A stretch of DNA of 64,000 bases from Raillietiella orientalis. Lineage: Eukaryota. The position numbers were made by a program, and so were the translations under genes. The DNA lies in contig JAYWIR010000015.1 in NCBI GenBank assembly GCA_036172245.1, positions 3,534,001 to 3,598,000 of the forward strand, given 5' to 3'. The notes beneath the pieces were generated by a model. It saw only the letters and a list, made by a program, of their open reading frames with translations, had not been told where the DNA came from and ran no database searches. Positions 26,600 to 39,800 of the stretch are shown here, piece after piece. The stretch's first letter is position 1. Every line of letters begins with the position of its first letter.

Positions 26600-27760
26600 A
26601 CTCCTGATGTTGAAGTGCATGGAAGTTCATTTGAACTTTCGAAGACTGTCCTTCGTGGCACAGAACTGGGCCACCCATTGGTGCGCCCCTGCATGTTTGC
26701 TCTCCCGGCTGGCGGTCGGTGACGAAGGACTCGCAACCCTGTTCACGTGTCACCACCGCCGGCTCCCATCCTGCGGCTTCCCTCTCCAGTGTATCGCTGC
26801 ACTGGTGAGAGCGAACACGTGGATTCGCTGCCGCCCTGCAAATACTCCGGCCTGGCGGCAGAAGAAAGTGGGGACGTGGGCCCAGCTCATCCAGGTCCCG
26901 TCGGAAGTTACCCACTGCCGAGAGTTTCAGAAGAACAGCGGAAGAACATTGGAGGCGGCGGGTAATGAGCTGACCATATCGGCCTACCCAGCAGCTACCC
27001 CCTTCGACGCAGCAGTGCCCTCTGCTATCGAGGTACATGGCACCTGCCTACCGGCGAAGTGGGAGGTTTCCTGCGAGATCTCGGTCCGCAGGAAGTCTAT
27101 TGGTGGCTGGACTCCGCGGCACCTGGTTGACGCAGCAACAGCAAGAACCGTCTCCCAAGGACTGAAACGTTGGGACAAACTCTTCTTCATTCAGTTTGAA
27201 GAGCTGGAAGTGCCCCCGTGTTTATGCATAGAAGCTGCTTCCCCTCAAGTGGCAGCAATCGGCGTTGCTGAGACTGCACTGAGGTCTTCCGTGCAATTTG
27301 CACCGGCACCACTGGACGAGGGGAAGTGCATCGCCGAACTGTGGCAGATGTGGAGAGAAGGAGACCTTCCCCACCTCATAGTGCAGTGGGTCGCTCTCCG
27401 AAACTTGTGGGAACGTTTCTCTGCGTCCCTTTCTCACTCCGTGGGCGATCTCAGAGACTCTTTGATGCTCCCCTTCGTGCGGGACGCCATAACGCCTGCA
27501 GCCGCAATCTCAGCGCTGTGCTGCGTGCGCGGTGTCGTCGTGGCGAAGTGCGACGCCGAGGGAGGCCAGAGCGAAGGGGGGCTGTCCCACACACCATCCG
27601 CTTCCTGCAGACAGCTTTGAGATGGTCTCACCTGGAAAGGGAGAAGGAGGAGCTCGCCGACATCCTTCAATGGATGCAAAGGTCTCGCCACGAAATGTGA
27701 TCCCTTCCCTTCTCCCCAACTAATTTTGCTTTTTTTATTGTTTTTTTTTTGGTTGCTTCT
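26600..27760 (+). mobile_element. L1/Tx1-type ORF2 C-terminal remnant (copy C; includes the 337-aa ORF)
   Basis: LAVGDEGLATL (GGLG-like), decayed knuckle WQMWREGDLPHLIVQWVALRNLW, frameshifted end IRFLQTALRWSHLEREK matching copies A/B, then a T-rich tail at 27720-27760. Confidence 0.55.
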
Positions 27761-27789
27761 CATAGTTGGTTTTCATTTTATATTTCTGT

Positions 27790-29200
27790 TTAATCCGCCT
27801 TTCCCTTCGTGGACCTGATGGACCTCTTCGGCTACTCCCCTTCTTTCTAGTGTAACAATGGGAATTGGTGGTCCATCGGCTCCATCGATTTTTGTAAGAG
27901 AATAAACTCCCTAGCGCATCCGGGTGTGAAATCATCGCGCCCACCCTCAGTCCTCCTTGAGTGAAGAAGCGCCTCAGCAGCCCGAAACGGTGGGTCCTGC
28001 GCTCGAAGGAGCGCCGAAGCGAGTCTCCGCTACATGTTTCCTGGGCACTGCAGCCCACCAGTCCTTAAACAGTTCGGGAAAGCAATTCCCTCGAAAACCA
28101 GGTGTCTGAGCTGGTTGCACCGGAATCCCCAGTGTAGAAGCAGCAGAACGTCCCGTTTCCAACAGAGAGGGAAAATGGGGGTGTGCGCATATAGGAAAGA
28201 GACCGCGAGTTCCTCGAGCAGCACACCAAGAACGTCACTCCACCGAAGGATTTTTTTGCTCTGGAAGAAACAATGGCGGCGTTCACCAACTCGTTCGTCT
28301 TGCTGCCGTCAAGGAGTTTTTTTACTCCTACAATGCTGCAGGAGATCTCTCAACCCGCCGGTTGACTTCTGTCCTTATTTGCCCTGAGGACAGACAGTGC
28401 TGTGGAAAGGAGTGTGATGGCTATCCAAGACCACTGTGTTCCATTCCTGCAGGAGATCTTCCAATGGCTTGCGTAGGAGATTCTTCAGCGTCCGCAGTTC
28501 CTCTGGACGCACTTCTGAAGTGACAACCCAGACTCCAGTGCCTTCTGTCGCCAAGCATTCCAGTTTTTGGAGAGGGAGGGAATCCATGGGTGAGCTTCCA
28601 TAAGTGAGGACAGATGCCTCAGGAGATAGCCAAATCCAGTCCCCCCACGTAGGTTACGCGGCAGCTGCGAAAGTCCTACGCTTCCAGCGCATCACCAGAG
28701 GATGTGCGTGCCGTAACACACCAATGCCAAGTCCGCAATTTTCCACAAAGGGACAAAAGTCGGCTGCACCTGCAGTCCGATTTCGTTGAGGTTCAGAACG
28801 CTTAATCCAGCATTCTGGCGCAACGCAACCAAGTCTTTGAGGAGGATCCAGGACTTGCAGTGTCTCACAGAGCTTTCTTGAGAAGACGTTGGTCTTCACC
28901 GAAGGCGAAAGCGGGCAAACAAAAAAACAGGGAACGGAGATGGGAGCAGCAAGGGTGTTTCAAATAGCGGCCCGCTCCAGAAAGGACGGACTTGCCATCA
29001 AGGATGGGACCGACAGCCATCTCAGCCTTCTGAAGGCAGTCCGACCTCGGAACTGTTGCCCAACAGAATGCCAAAGTACTTGAGGCACGTGCCAGAATGA
29101 GGACAGTAGGAGGAGCACCTGTCATTTGACTTCCCAGATCGAACTCTATTAAAATCCCAAGTCAGATTCAAAGTTCTAGCCGTTTGACTCTTTGGCCTCT
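27790..29200 (-). mobile_element. L1/Tx1-type RT-end to 3' remnant (copy D)
   Basis: LKYFGILLG (RT motif 7-like), RLRWLSVPSLMASPSFLERAAI*NTLAAP (post-RT W..LS..GR..N.L), GGLDL, and WKRDVLLLLHWGFRCNQLRHLVFEG homologous to copy A. Confidence 0.65.
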
Positions 29201-30899
29201 CTGTGTGTGCCATCTCTTTCCTTTACTCAAGGTTTCCGTCCGTCCTCAAACTGCTGACGAGAAGACTGTGATCCTTTTTTCGTCCAGATTTATATGCGAA
29301 AAGACACCTTTCACCTTTGAGGAGGTTTCATCACCTGAGATGGACGCTGTCACTCCTGCGAAGAGCTCAGTCGACTTAAGGAACACCAACTCCAGGGGAA
29401 AATAGCGATGTCGACGACAGCAGGCCTCATTTTATCAAACTTCATTCATTCCCACAGTCAACAAAGGATACAACTAAAAGAGGATGGATCTTTTTTTATG
29501 AAGATGGTTTCCTAGGGAAGCTTCGATTTTTGCAAACATGGAAACGTCGGGAGATATGCGATGTCAAAAGGAACTTCAAAAAACGTGTTTCCTGCGTTCA
29601 TTATGGATGGTGAAGCACTCGCTCCAGAGTCTGTTTGCTACGATGCTTTCTAATACTAGAATGACGCTGGAAGAAATGTACAAAAAAATCGAGAAACTAA
29701 GAAAGTCATCAAAAAAATCAGTGGAGCAACAGGAAGAATGAAAAATTTCAATTGGCTCCAGGAAATTCAGTCGACTTTAGTTTTTCCTGCACTGTCACCT
29801 GAGATCAAGAGGGTACGATTTCCTCCAAGCCAGCAAAGACCGCATTTAAGTGCAATGGCTGTGCCACGCGAACCCCTGAGGGAATTTCTGCCATGAAATC
29901 GCACATCACATAACGCCAGTGCTTTTGTTATGCCTTTGGAAGATAGAATGGTCAGAGGTACAACTGGAATTGACCCATTCTGTGGAACTGATATTGTGCA
30001 CTACGCCTTTTATGTACGCGTTACCATCCGCGAACTCGGTTGCCATGAGGCACATTTGCAAAACACAGAGGTGAACGCAGTTTTAAGTGGCAGCAGTTTT
30101 AACTAGCAGATGTTGCAGGGGAGTTGAGCACAACCAGAAGTTGCTGAGGAGTCTGTTGCTAACACTTTGTGAGCAGCTCACTTTGTGAGTACATCATCAT
30201 GAACATCATGAGATCCGTAAAAAGTCAACTCATAGACGAAAATCTTATCCCAAAGCAGTGATTATGAACGAACCGAACCATCCAAACGCGCCCAAAGGCT
30301 AATTGTGTAATTGGAAACCGGTAATGCGATGCTTCTAGCGTTTGTGGCACGCTTGGTCAGAGTTCAGACGAAAGGATTGCGGAAGGGTTCTGTTTTCTCA
30401 AAACAACAGAGCTGAGCTCCGGAAACAGCTGTTCTCCTGCCCGGAGCAGAAACAAAAAATTGATTTGTTACGACCGGTGTTGTTTTAGTTTTCATTTTCA
30501 GTCATTCCCGATTCTTGCATTCATCCTTCTGCCTATGATGATTTCGACTATTTATGATGACGATTACTGTTCAAACTGTAATGCGGGCCACTCATACTCA
30601 TTAAATCGGGCATTCAATCTTCTTCAAGAAATACCTCCAAGATTTTCGTGCACTTTGACCCAATCCGATAAACCTCTTTTGGCTACAAAAACTTTCCATC
30701 CTTCTGGGTAGGAAGCGTTGTCCTAGGTCATACTTTTCGTCTACGTACGTCGTGTGAGGTACGCATTCAGACTGGCGTGAAATGTCAGTATGGAATGAAG
30801 AAATGTGCCCCTACGTCATCTAGGGCAGCAGCACACAGTATCATGCAACCTGTGACGCCTGAGCGAGGATGCTGTAGAATTGCCCATGAGGAGAGAATG

Positions 30900-31800
30900 T
30901 TGGCACACGAACCAGTCCCGGAGAATGCAGTGCCGAAACGACCGCCTTTTCTGATATCCAGAAAAGGAAGGATCTGACCTGGCTCGAAAATCATCATCAG
31001 AAACACATGAAAGTTCCCGACAGCTCTATACACGAGTGATTCTCTTGGAGCTGTCCTGGGTTTATTTTTATTCTTTTTTCTAAGCCCTCTCTCCGAGATC
31101 AAGGCGAGTGATGCAGCAGATTGATGAAAGATATTTATGAAAGAGAGAAGCAAGCTAGAAGCAGGCAGAAGCAAGATATTTATGGAAAGGCGTTTCTAAG
31201 GAGTGAGATGAGTCTGAAAGTTGGATCCGCTTTGCAGTGGTCCACATTGTGTTCATGGAATCAAATTACGCACTCCACAGAGACGCTGCTTGCGATATCG
31301 ACTGAAGACAGCTTGAAATGATATCAACAAATAGCAAGGAAGCATCCTAGGAAGATGAAACTGAATGTTCCTGAGTCATCAGACTGAAACTAATTGCCCA
31401 TCGTGAGCTCTGCTTCTCGCATCTGAGATTATATTTTAGTTCCATGTAGCCCTTTTGACACCTTTCACCCTGTCCGACCAAGTGAACTGAATTCCTTAAA
31501 GATTCAGCAATCTCCTTTGCTCTTTCTCTTATCGGTTGCCAGCACAGGAAACTAGAAGCCTCTGTACTGTTGCGGGCTCATGTGGTCAAAATTCTTTTGC
31601 GTTCTTCAATGCAACACTCCTTGAGGCATTCTGTTTAATCTTTTTTCATCCTACAGTCCCTGTTTCGTAAACAAATATATTGACGTCCCTTGCTTCCAAA
31701 TTCCAAGACTTCATTCCCATTTGGGGGAAATCCAATCGATGTGCGGCTGAGAATCCGGTGTCTTGCATTTCTTCCTGCCGTGACGGCGAGCATTCTTTAC
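30900..31800 (-). mobile_element. Possible degenerate non-LTR RT remnant
   Basis: MSPQQYRGF, RVKGVKRA, QSDD in RT order but closely compressed. Confidence 0.3.
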
Positions 31801-32039
31801 AGATTGCTAGTCATCATCCAGGCTGCTCCACTTGCTCACACAATTGAGGGACACAATCAAGAATGTAAGAAATCCAAGTCCTCTCCTTCTCTCCGATCTT
31901 ATTCATTCAGGGATCATGTGGCAGCGGTTACCACATCACTGAAGTGTCTTGCGGATGAGAGGAGGGGTCATGCAGATACCTTGAACATCTCAGGAAAGTG
32001 ATGAGCATTTTACCCTGCGAACATGGTTCTCTGCCATCT

Positions 32040-32200
32040 CTTTGGTGAAGAATCCTCCCCTAGCAGTGCTGGACGTTGGTCCCGGAGAGACTGACGTTCA
32101 GTTGGGCAACAGTTACGTGGTCGGAATGCCTTCAAAAGACTGAGATGGCTCTCGGCCCGTTCCTTGATGGCAAGTTCTGAAACGTAGTGGGCCATTCATT
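32040..32200 (+). mobile_element. Short L1/Tx1-type fragment homologous to copy D
   Basis: 32088-32174 is the reverse complement of 28991-29077 at 72/87 identity by hand alignment. Confidence 0.65.
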
Positions 32201-32899
32201 CGGCATCCGATCAATGTATGTCTCAGCTGTAATGCATGATGGACATATCATCAGATGTTTCATCTCGTTGGCACATGGCCTCGGTTCCGCCAACCCTCGT
32301 TGGATTTCGTCATTTGCACGATCCTAGGATCCTGTAGAACCGAATATTGGGGCTCCTGCCGAGATCTGGACTCCAGAAACCGATACATAAAGAACCCATA
32401 TCGCAACATCTCACCTTTTTCTTCTCAGGCATCTCTGAACACGGCCATAGTGTTTTTTTAAAGGCGCAGGAAACGTCCAAGTTTGAACTCGATCATCGTT
32501 TCGGAGGTCGGACTGAGTACGAGAATCCACGCCAGGAAGTGATTAGGACTTATTCCATACCAACTCAAAGTGCAGTTTGCTTCCCTCGCAACAAACATTA
32601 AGAACAACCATCCGCGCCGGCAGAGAATAAGTGGTCCAGGTGTTTGGGTTAGCGGAGTTTAGTGTCTGTTCAATAGGGTTTAATAAATCCCCGTTCCTCG
32701 ATGGACTTTCATGTTGTTGCATCCTTGTACGTGGTAGGTCCGAGGTCTGTTTCGAATCTTCCATTTCTCCAGGCATAATTTAAGTGCCTTTTGCTTCGCG
32801 AAATAGCATTAGAGCCGAAATGAGCACTATCGTTTCCCAAACTTGACTTTTCCGTGGAGAAATCCTGGTAAAGGATTTCCTTCGGTGTGGTTACCGTTC

Positions 32900-34050
32900 T
32901 CTCGCGTGAAAATCCGTATGTTCACCGTACAGAGAATGCTCTCAAACCTCCCCTGCTTAATTCAAGAGGCTGAGAACATCGCCGCTAAGAGCTGCTTCAG
33001 GCTGTCAACTTTCTCAGATCCAGTAGTTCCTCCTCAGGGCACTCCACGCTCGATGTTAGCAAAAGAATTTAGCTTCCACCTACAGGCAAAAGATCTAGGC
33101 GAGACAGCGGAGGGATGTAACAAACAGAAATGGAACAAACAAAGACACAGGAAACATCCGAGGAGCCGCTCGTGGGCACCTGAGAGTATGCAAACGCACT
33201 GGACCTTAGAGCAGGCAGAAGCCAAGGCAACCGTTGTGGGATTCATTTTCGACCTCGAGATGAGGTAGAAATTTACCTTCAGCTTGTGCACGGTCCAGAA
33301 CAAGTATGGCACTGTCTGTCAGGACAGCACTCAGACTGCGAGAAAGCGTTGTCCTGCGATGGACTGCATCGCACTCCTTTGGCCACTTTTTGTTTACTGA
33401 AGACCATATGAGACACTCCGATTACCTATTCGGATGCATCTTTGCTGAAGGCCATCCTCATGGGCAATACTCACCAGAAGCGTAGGTCTATGTAGTGCAG
33501 GAATACCGTGTTCTGCAAAGAGTCATTCATTCATTCATATCCCTAATCACTGGCAAGAAACTCCATCGCTACGAGAAGACACGACGACCTAGTCGACAAA
33601 ATTAAAGGGGAGGCTCCAATTAAGAGGCGCAGTAGGAGCAGGTGGCATCCAGCCAACCAGTAACGACAGGGCTCAAGTGCACTGGTACCCCAGAATCAGG
33701 GACGAGCCATTATTCTTGACATCTCCTGCCCTCGAGAGAGATTGGAGACAACCTTGGATAGAGCAGAGATTAGGAAGGAGCTGTCTCAGCTTCTTCTTCA
33801 GAGCACCTGCTTCATTGTGGGCACTGGTCATTGTATTCCTGCCAGCCTGGAATCCAAGCAAAGACGAGCTATTGAGGAGATTCTCCGCATGCAAGCAGAA
33901 CAATTCAGGGCAGATATAGCAGATCCCAGCATTCATCGTGTGAGGTGCTCAAGTTGGATGAACAGCCTTCATGGCAGCGAAGACCTCGGGCGACTGGAAG
34001 GACAGGGAGAAACGAGCTCAAAGAGACTGGAAAATCCCCTATCAGCATCT
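32900..34050 (+). mobile_element. RLE-type (NeSL/Utopia-like) non-LTR 3' remnant
   Basis: LPCLIQEAENIAAKSCFRLSTFSDPVV, HFLFTEDHMRHSDYLF, HIPNHW..TRRHDDLVDKIK, RAIILDISCPRE..LDRAEIRK, FIVGTG, AWNPSKDELL: zinc knuckle plus PD-(D/E)xK endonuclease motifs in order. Confidence 0.75.
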
Positions 34051-34849
34051 GCTCTATGCACTTAAATGGGAAGGATGATCTGCCTCCAGCTGAGTGTCTC
34101 CATATACGTGGACACCATGTAAGGCACCCCCGTTGTTGTGTTTTGTAGTTTCAGTTGTGTTTCTCAAGAACAGCAAGGATTTCCAGAATCCTCGAATGAT
34201 AAGGATAGAAGTCATCCTTTGGAGCAGGGTTTTGATCGGGATAACCCTATGAGATCGAGAACCTGGAATTCTGCTGTTCCCTTAGCTGAGCTAGCAAGAC
34301 TCTGAGGAGATGTGCTGGCGCCATTATGCTTTTTGCTGCGCTACAATTTGCCGACATCCGCCAGCAAGGAAGCGGACGAGCAGATGGTTCCAAAAATGGC
34401 GACAAGCATTCCACGGAATAGGCAGTTGCAGCTACGGAGAGTGCGGGATTTGGGAAGGTACAAAACGGAGTACAACTTATTCGCATAAGAGACAGTGGTG
34501 CACCTGAGGATAAAACAGATGAGACACTAACAAAAAAAACTGACGTTCCAAAATCCTAGGAAGTCCTCAGATGACCTCATGTAAAGGTCCTCGTGAGCGT
34601 TTCTCGCGTAGGAACTGCAGAGTTGCAAAAGCGAATCCTGCCTTCTTAGAGTTGCTCACGTTCCGCTTTCGCTTCCGAAAGTTCACATCCACAGTGAATC
34701 TGGTTTCTGGAAGTTTTTTTCCTTTGCCAAGTGTGTTCACATTCTATGTACCAGCACAGTACGAACCCGAAGAGCACGGGATGAAGTTGGAAAACTGCTT
34801 ACGCAAGTGTCGATGCAGTTCTTCAACGCATTTCTTCAGAAACCTCCGA

Positions 34850-36250
34850 GATAACCTTGCACACACATTGCCTCCCATTAGAATTAAATCAACCGCACTT
34901 TTCCTCATTACCAAAATTTACCCTATGGTGCTGGCAAACTCAGTCAGAGCATCCTTCCTTTGATTTTCCAACCCTGTTTCATCTGTAAAATTCACTCAGC
35001 ACTTCGAGCAATCTTTGTTTTGTATGCCGTCACTGATAGCCTTGAAGATTGAAGATTCCTCGGGAAGGTATCGAAAAAAATATATGTAAGCATGAGAAGA
35101 AAGGACAAACAGAATGGAAGAGAAGACGCCAGCGTCCGCATGACAATTGTGACACCTCTCTGAGAAGCCTACTATTCGTAAGGAAAAATGGAGCATCTCA
35201 AGGATGCAACAAGAAAGCGATACAAAGAACTGAGATTCCAGCGACCGCAAGTCGTGTTTTGATCTTCAATTAAAGGATGGGGTCAAGGCTGCTGGAGCAA
35301 CCAGCCTGCTTCGAGCGGGATCACAACCCCAGTTCGGTGCTCGGTTTTCCCCTGAAGAAGCTTCGCACTCTCGCAAGCTGAGATCGATGCCAATGCTTTT
35401 TCGTGCCCGAAAACAAGAGCGAGATTTATGGCGGTGCTATTACTGGAGAAGATCTTCCCGTGATCTTTCCTCCCCAGATGTGGTTCCTTCCTGCAGCCAG
35501 AAACGAAATTCCTACATCCGCAGAAGTGGAATAAAAACCTCCTTCGGATCCTGGGAAAGAAACGGCTCCCTAGGAATAGAAGGGATCCTTCTTTGTGCAG
35601 CTGGCAGGTTCATCCAAGCGGGACGGTTCAGTGTATTGCCTGCGAGTCCAAAGCCAACGCGGAATGGCGTGGTTCGGATACGCGGAAGTTGTGGGGTACA
35701 AGAAGAACACTCCTCGCATTCTCGATCACCACAGCAGAAGTTCAAACCCGATCGCGAAGAACTAATGTCCTGGGTTGAGGGAACCCCTTGGCAACACGGT
35801 CAGCTGATGACCACGAACTATTACGTTTCTGGAATGGACACCATGCTTCGACCAGATTTGTTTCTCGAAGACGAAAGGATAGTGATCGCACAGAACGTTG
35901 TCTGCTCCTTCGGCCGCGAATCGTCATCTCTGAAAGGGGCACGACAGCGGAAGTGCTCTGATTAGATCGGCTCTGAGGTTCTCCTCCAAAGGAACACTGG
36001 CAAATCAACGAGTGCAGTTGTTGTTGGAATCTTGGCATCACGTGATCAGGAAAACGACGAAGCGTTGAATGAGTTAAAGATCCCTGAGCGACAAAGACAA
36101 GAGCATGTCTGGGATAGGAGGGGGGATGATGCACTCGAAGGTCAAACATTCCCAGGACGCAACGGTTCCCGGCGGATCGGTTGTGCCGCAGGACACGACG
36201 AAGCAATCTCTGAGAGAATCACAGACTCATCTGAAGATGGGCAGATTGAT
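34850..36250 (+). mobile_element. RLE-type non-LTR remnant
   Basis: ITKIYPMVLANSVR, GSCGVQEEHSSH (knuckle), LRPDLFLEDERIVIAQNVVCSFGRESSSLKGARQRK, VVVGILASRDQENDEALNELKIP. Confidence 0.7.
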
Positions 36251-36649
36251 TGAAGAAATATTCAAGCTCTCGCCGTTCTGGATCATCTTCTCGACACAAT
36301 GATGAGTGTTGTTGCGGTGTATGCGTTGGAAAAGATCAGCAGGAATGAGAAAAGAGCACACATAACAAACAGATCATCCTAAAGAGAACAAAAGGAAACT
36401 GAAAAACTGGGAATTAGCGCATGAGAGGAACGGAAAGCAGAGAATGGTCCCTTTATAAATCATGAGGTCTTTTCGAAACCCTGAGGTGCGAAAACTGGAT
36501 TGAGATCGGAACACGTCCCTTGAGGAAACCAAACAGCATCACCTGTGGCTACCGATCTTTGCAGTACGATGAATCACATGCGAAAGGGTGGATAGACGAG
36601 TCTCCTGCCGATCTCCTCCGGTCATTGTAGACGAATGCTACTTGAAGAC

Positions 36650-37300
36650 TGAAGAACCACGGGAACCGCTGCGAATGCCTGGATAGTCTACAGAAGTACG
36701 CTTGCAGCAACTCTCTTGCAAAGATAGTTCCAGAAAACTCGAAAAACTTGAGAAGAATTGTTCTGGATTAAGGAATATTTCCCCCTGTTGCGACCAACGT
36801 TTCATGTTTTCTTCCTTTTTATAAATTCCCTGAATATTTCGTTGACATTGTGGGATTTCTGGTATGAGGGTGCCATCTGAACTAGGCCACATGGAGGATT
36901 CATCGATAGCCCACGGAACTCAGGCCGAAGACGGCTCTTGAGGTACTGGTCCACTCTTGCGTTCGTTGCCCTCTTTGCATGGGCGTTCTGTTGAATCTCC
37001 TTCGAGGCTTCGACGTTTTTGTGCAATCAGGGTGCAAGGTCGGCATCAGCAAGACTGGCTGTTGCTGCATTTAGCATGCAGCTGCCGCTGTTTCTTCTTT
37101 CACTCTCGATTCTCTTCGATGTCTCATTGGATTCCTGTAGGGAAAACGCATAAAGCAAAGGGAAGAATTCCGGCTTCCTTGGTAAGCCTGGCGGAACGTT
37201 TGCTACAAGAGAGAAGAATTCGAAATGATCGTCCCCTTTCGTGAGGAGCTTACCACTACCGCGATTCACCATGTGAGATTAACTGCCACCCCGAGAACGC
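36650..37300 (+). mobile_element. Degenerate non-LTR RT remnant (RLE-type)
   Basis: VLD*GIFPPV, KFPEYFVDIVGF, STLAFVAL, SGCKVGISK, WIPVGK in RT order. Confidence 0.4.
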
Positions 37301-38399
37301 TCGAAAGAACGTTCTTGGGACCCTGAAACCACAGTCTCGACCGTGCTGCCGGATGCCCCAGGGCAGAATACTGAAAACGGATCGCTCGCACGACAAGGGA
37401 GTTTTTTTCCCACCTACCGCTTATCGCCTGCACGCGGAGGCGTTTGTTTTTCATTAGAAGAAAGGAAAAAAGCAGACTGTTATCTGCACAGCTTTCACTT
37501 CGTTCTTCGGCAGAACCGGGAAAAGTTTCGGGTACCGGAACTTCTAGATATGTAGATGAGTCGATATTTCCTCTTCCCCAACAGCATCGACCAGGGAAAG
37601 TGAAATCGTGCATGGTTTCTCCTTCTTCCTCCAAATCTAGCAATAAATAAGGTGAGTAGACATAATGGCTGCCAGCGGTTCGCCTCCTTAGGCGATTTTC
37701 GAATCGGAGTCAACACCAGTAGCCATCGATTACGAATTATCCTACGTGCATGGTTCATAATTGAGGGGCTTCTCTCGCTCTACTCCAAGAGAAGTGATGC
37801 CCAAGAACATCGTGATGGGGAACATCCTGGTATGCAAAACAAATACAAATCATAAGATCTTATGATCATGTGATCTGTCAGTCGTTTTTCATTGATACTT
37901 GGACGGCTGAACGATCTTCTAAAGGAAGAAAAGTCTCTTTCGATTTGTTCCGGTGCTGAAAGGAATGCTGCAAAAACAGGAAGTCAGTAGCCAGACGTTT
38001 TTACAAGGAGTTTGAAAGCTTTTCGTTTCACAGGTTTATGGGTTCAAGTAGAACGGAAATTGAGGAATTATTTCTTCCGAAAAAACTCGAGGAATAGAAA
38101 TCTGGAGATCATTGAGGGCAGCATCGAATAGTGAGCAGAGGATGCAGAAATCTGCGACGTTCTGTGTGCCAAGGACACAAAAACCAATTTGTTTAACCGG
38201 GCTGAAAGGTTTCGTTATTCTGTGTTCCCTTTATGAACGTTAATAGAATTTCTGGATGAAAAAGAAAAAACAACGTTCGAACCCGATATATTCGACTAGT
38301 CCCTTGTCAGCAAGGCTGCCACGAGAGCTCCTCTTAAATGAACAAGCGGTGGCAATTTTTTTTTTTCTTTTTAGCTCCAATATGCAGACTACCTTTGAA

Positions 38400-39800
38400 G
38401 CCACAATGCTATGGGCGTGATGGGCGGACGTAGCTGCTAGTGAGGATTGCAATCGTCGTCTCGGTTGCTGCTGGCATCATCTCGGTTGCTACAGTACCTA
38501 GCTGACGCTGGTTCGCCTGCTGCTCGGAAATGAGCTGGAGGGGCTTTCTGTTTTTCCGCACCTCCGCAACTCCCACCTGAAAGCGGGGTGATCGTACAGT
38601 ACACTTCACCCCACCAAGAGGAAATAGTCGACACAAAGGAAGGATGCCTGCATTTCGGTTTCCGAATTGACAAGGAGGATGACTTTCCACGGTTATAAGA
38701 TTTTGAAAGTCCCGTTAGACATCTAAGGAAGGCTTTCCGAATCGTTTCGGATATCTGAGTCGTTAAACTGAGGCAGTGAGGTGATCGCAGTCTCTATTAC
38801 TATAGATGATCACTAGTAAATGGCATAGCTAATTGCTAGATTGCAATTCTTGCTTTCATTATTACGGTTCTCCGAATCAACATTTCAATGTTAGATGATT
38901 GCTTGGGGTGTTGCCACCACGATTACCATTCTTTGCTAGGCAACTTTTGGTTCATAATGCAACCAGTGGGCTCACGCTACGAGCACATCTTGTGAAGAGG
39001 GCCACGAACCTCAAGTGTTGCCACAGACAAAAACTAGTAGTCAAAGTCTAAACTAGAAACGAAAACTAGTGTTTGTAAAGGGTTGCTGTGTCAAAACTGT
39101 TCATTCCACCGCTTGTCGGACCTGGGGAAGACCACCGAAGTTACCATGCACACGCACATTTCTGCTAAAATTCTTTCCAGCTGTCTTTTGTACATACATT
39201 TCTTCCGACCCTCGAAACCTTTCCTAAAGCATTATATGTTGAAGAATTCGCTTCGTGGCTTCTTGCAACTACTTGTTTTTCCTCGAACACCAGGGCGGAC
39301 CATATAAGATGCATGCAGTCGGAAGAATTCCTAGGGTGCTGAGCATTCTCGTTTTTTTTTCCTTCCAAAATGGAAACCATAACCGCTATCTATGAGAAAT
39401 GAGTAGCATCTCTTGGGTCGCAACCAGGTTTCACTTTCCCTTTTCCTCCCTCAGTCGTAATCCGGAACAGAAAACACAAGCAAGAGAATTGCGTTGAGTT
39501 GTTCGTACAGCAACAACGTCATCAATGAGCAATGTACTGCAATTATCACATTTCGGGTAACGCGTCTTCTCCGGATCACGAGAACAGCAGGATGCGACGA
39601 ATCCTTTGGTTAATCGGCTGAATTTCTCTTTTATCAAGACGGATTTTCAACAGGTAGAATATCCTCAGCGAGTCTTCCCGCCTTTTTTCTTCGATCCCAA
39701 GGGAGGAGCACTTGCGGAAGGCAGGAAAATCTACTGCTCTTCGGCATCAATCCCTTCGTTTGCCTCTTCCGACCGCAACTTCGCTGCTCCGAATGCACGG
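38400..39800 (-). mobile_element. Degenerate RLE-type element, RT4 to endonuclease
   Basis: RREDSLRIFYLLKIRLD, STLLIDDVV..CSGLRLREEK, SALVFEEK..TYNAL, IET..HCLSLTTQISETIRK, AEVRKNRK..QLGTV. Confidence 0.5.

Noticed and set aside
28889..32195. Repeated peptide LAIK..SHLSLLKA.RPRNCCPTE in two ORFs, suggesting a small Cys-rich gene family
   Set aside because: It is the antisense reading of the Tx1 post-RT segment; the opposite-strand frame shares the same wobble positions and continues into retroelement motifs.
37849..37866. Perfect 18-bp palindrome ATCATAAGATCTTATGAT
   Set aside because: AT-rich and isolated; a 9-bp arm is near chance expectation in 64 kb.
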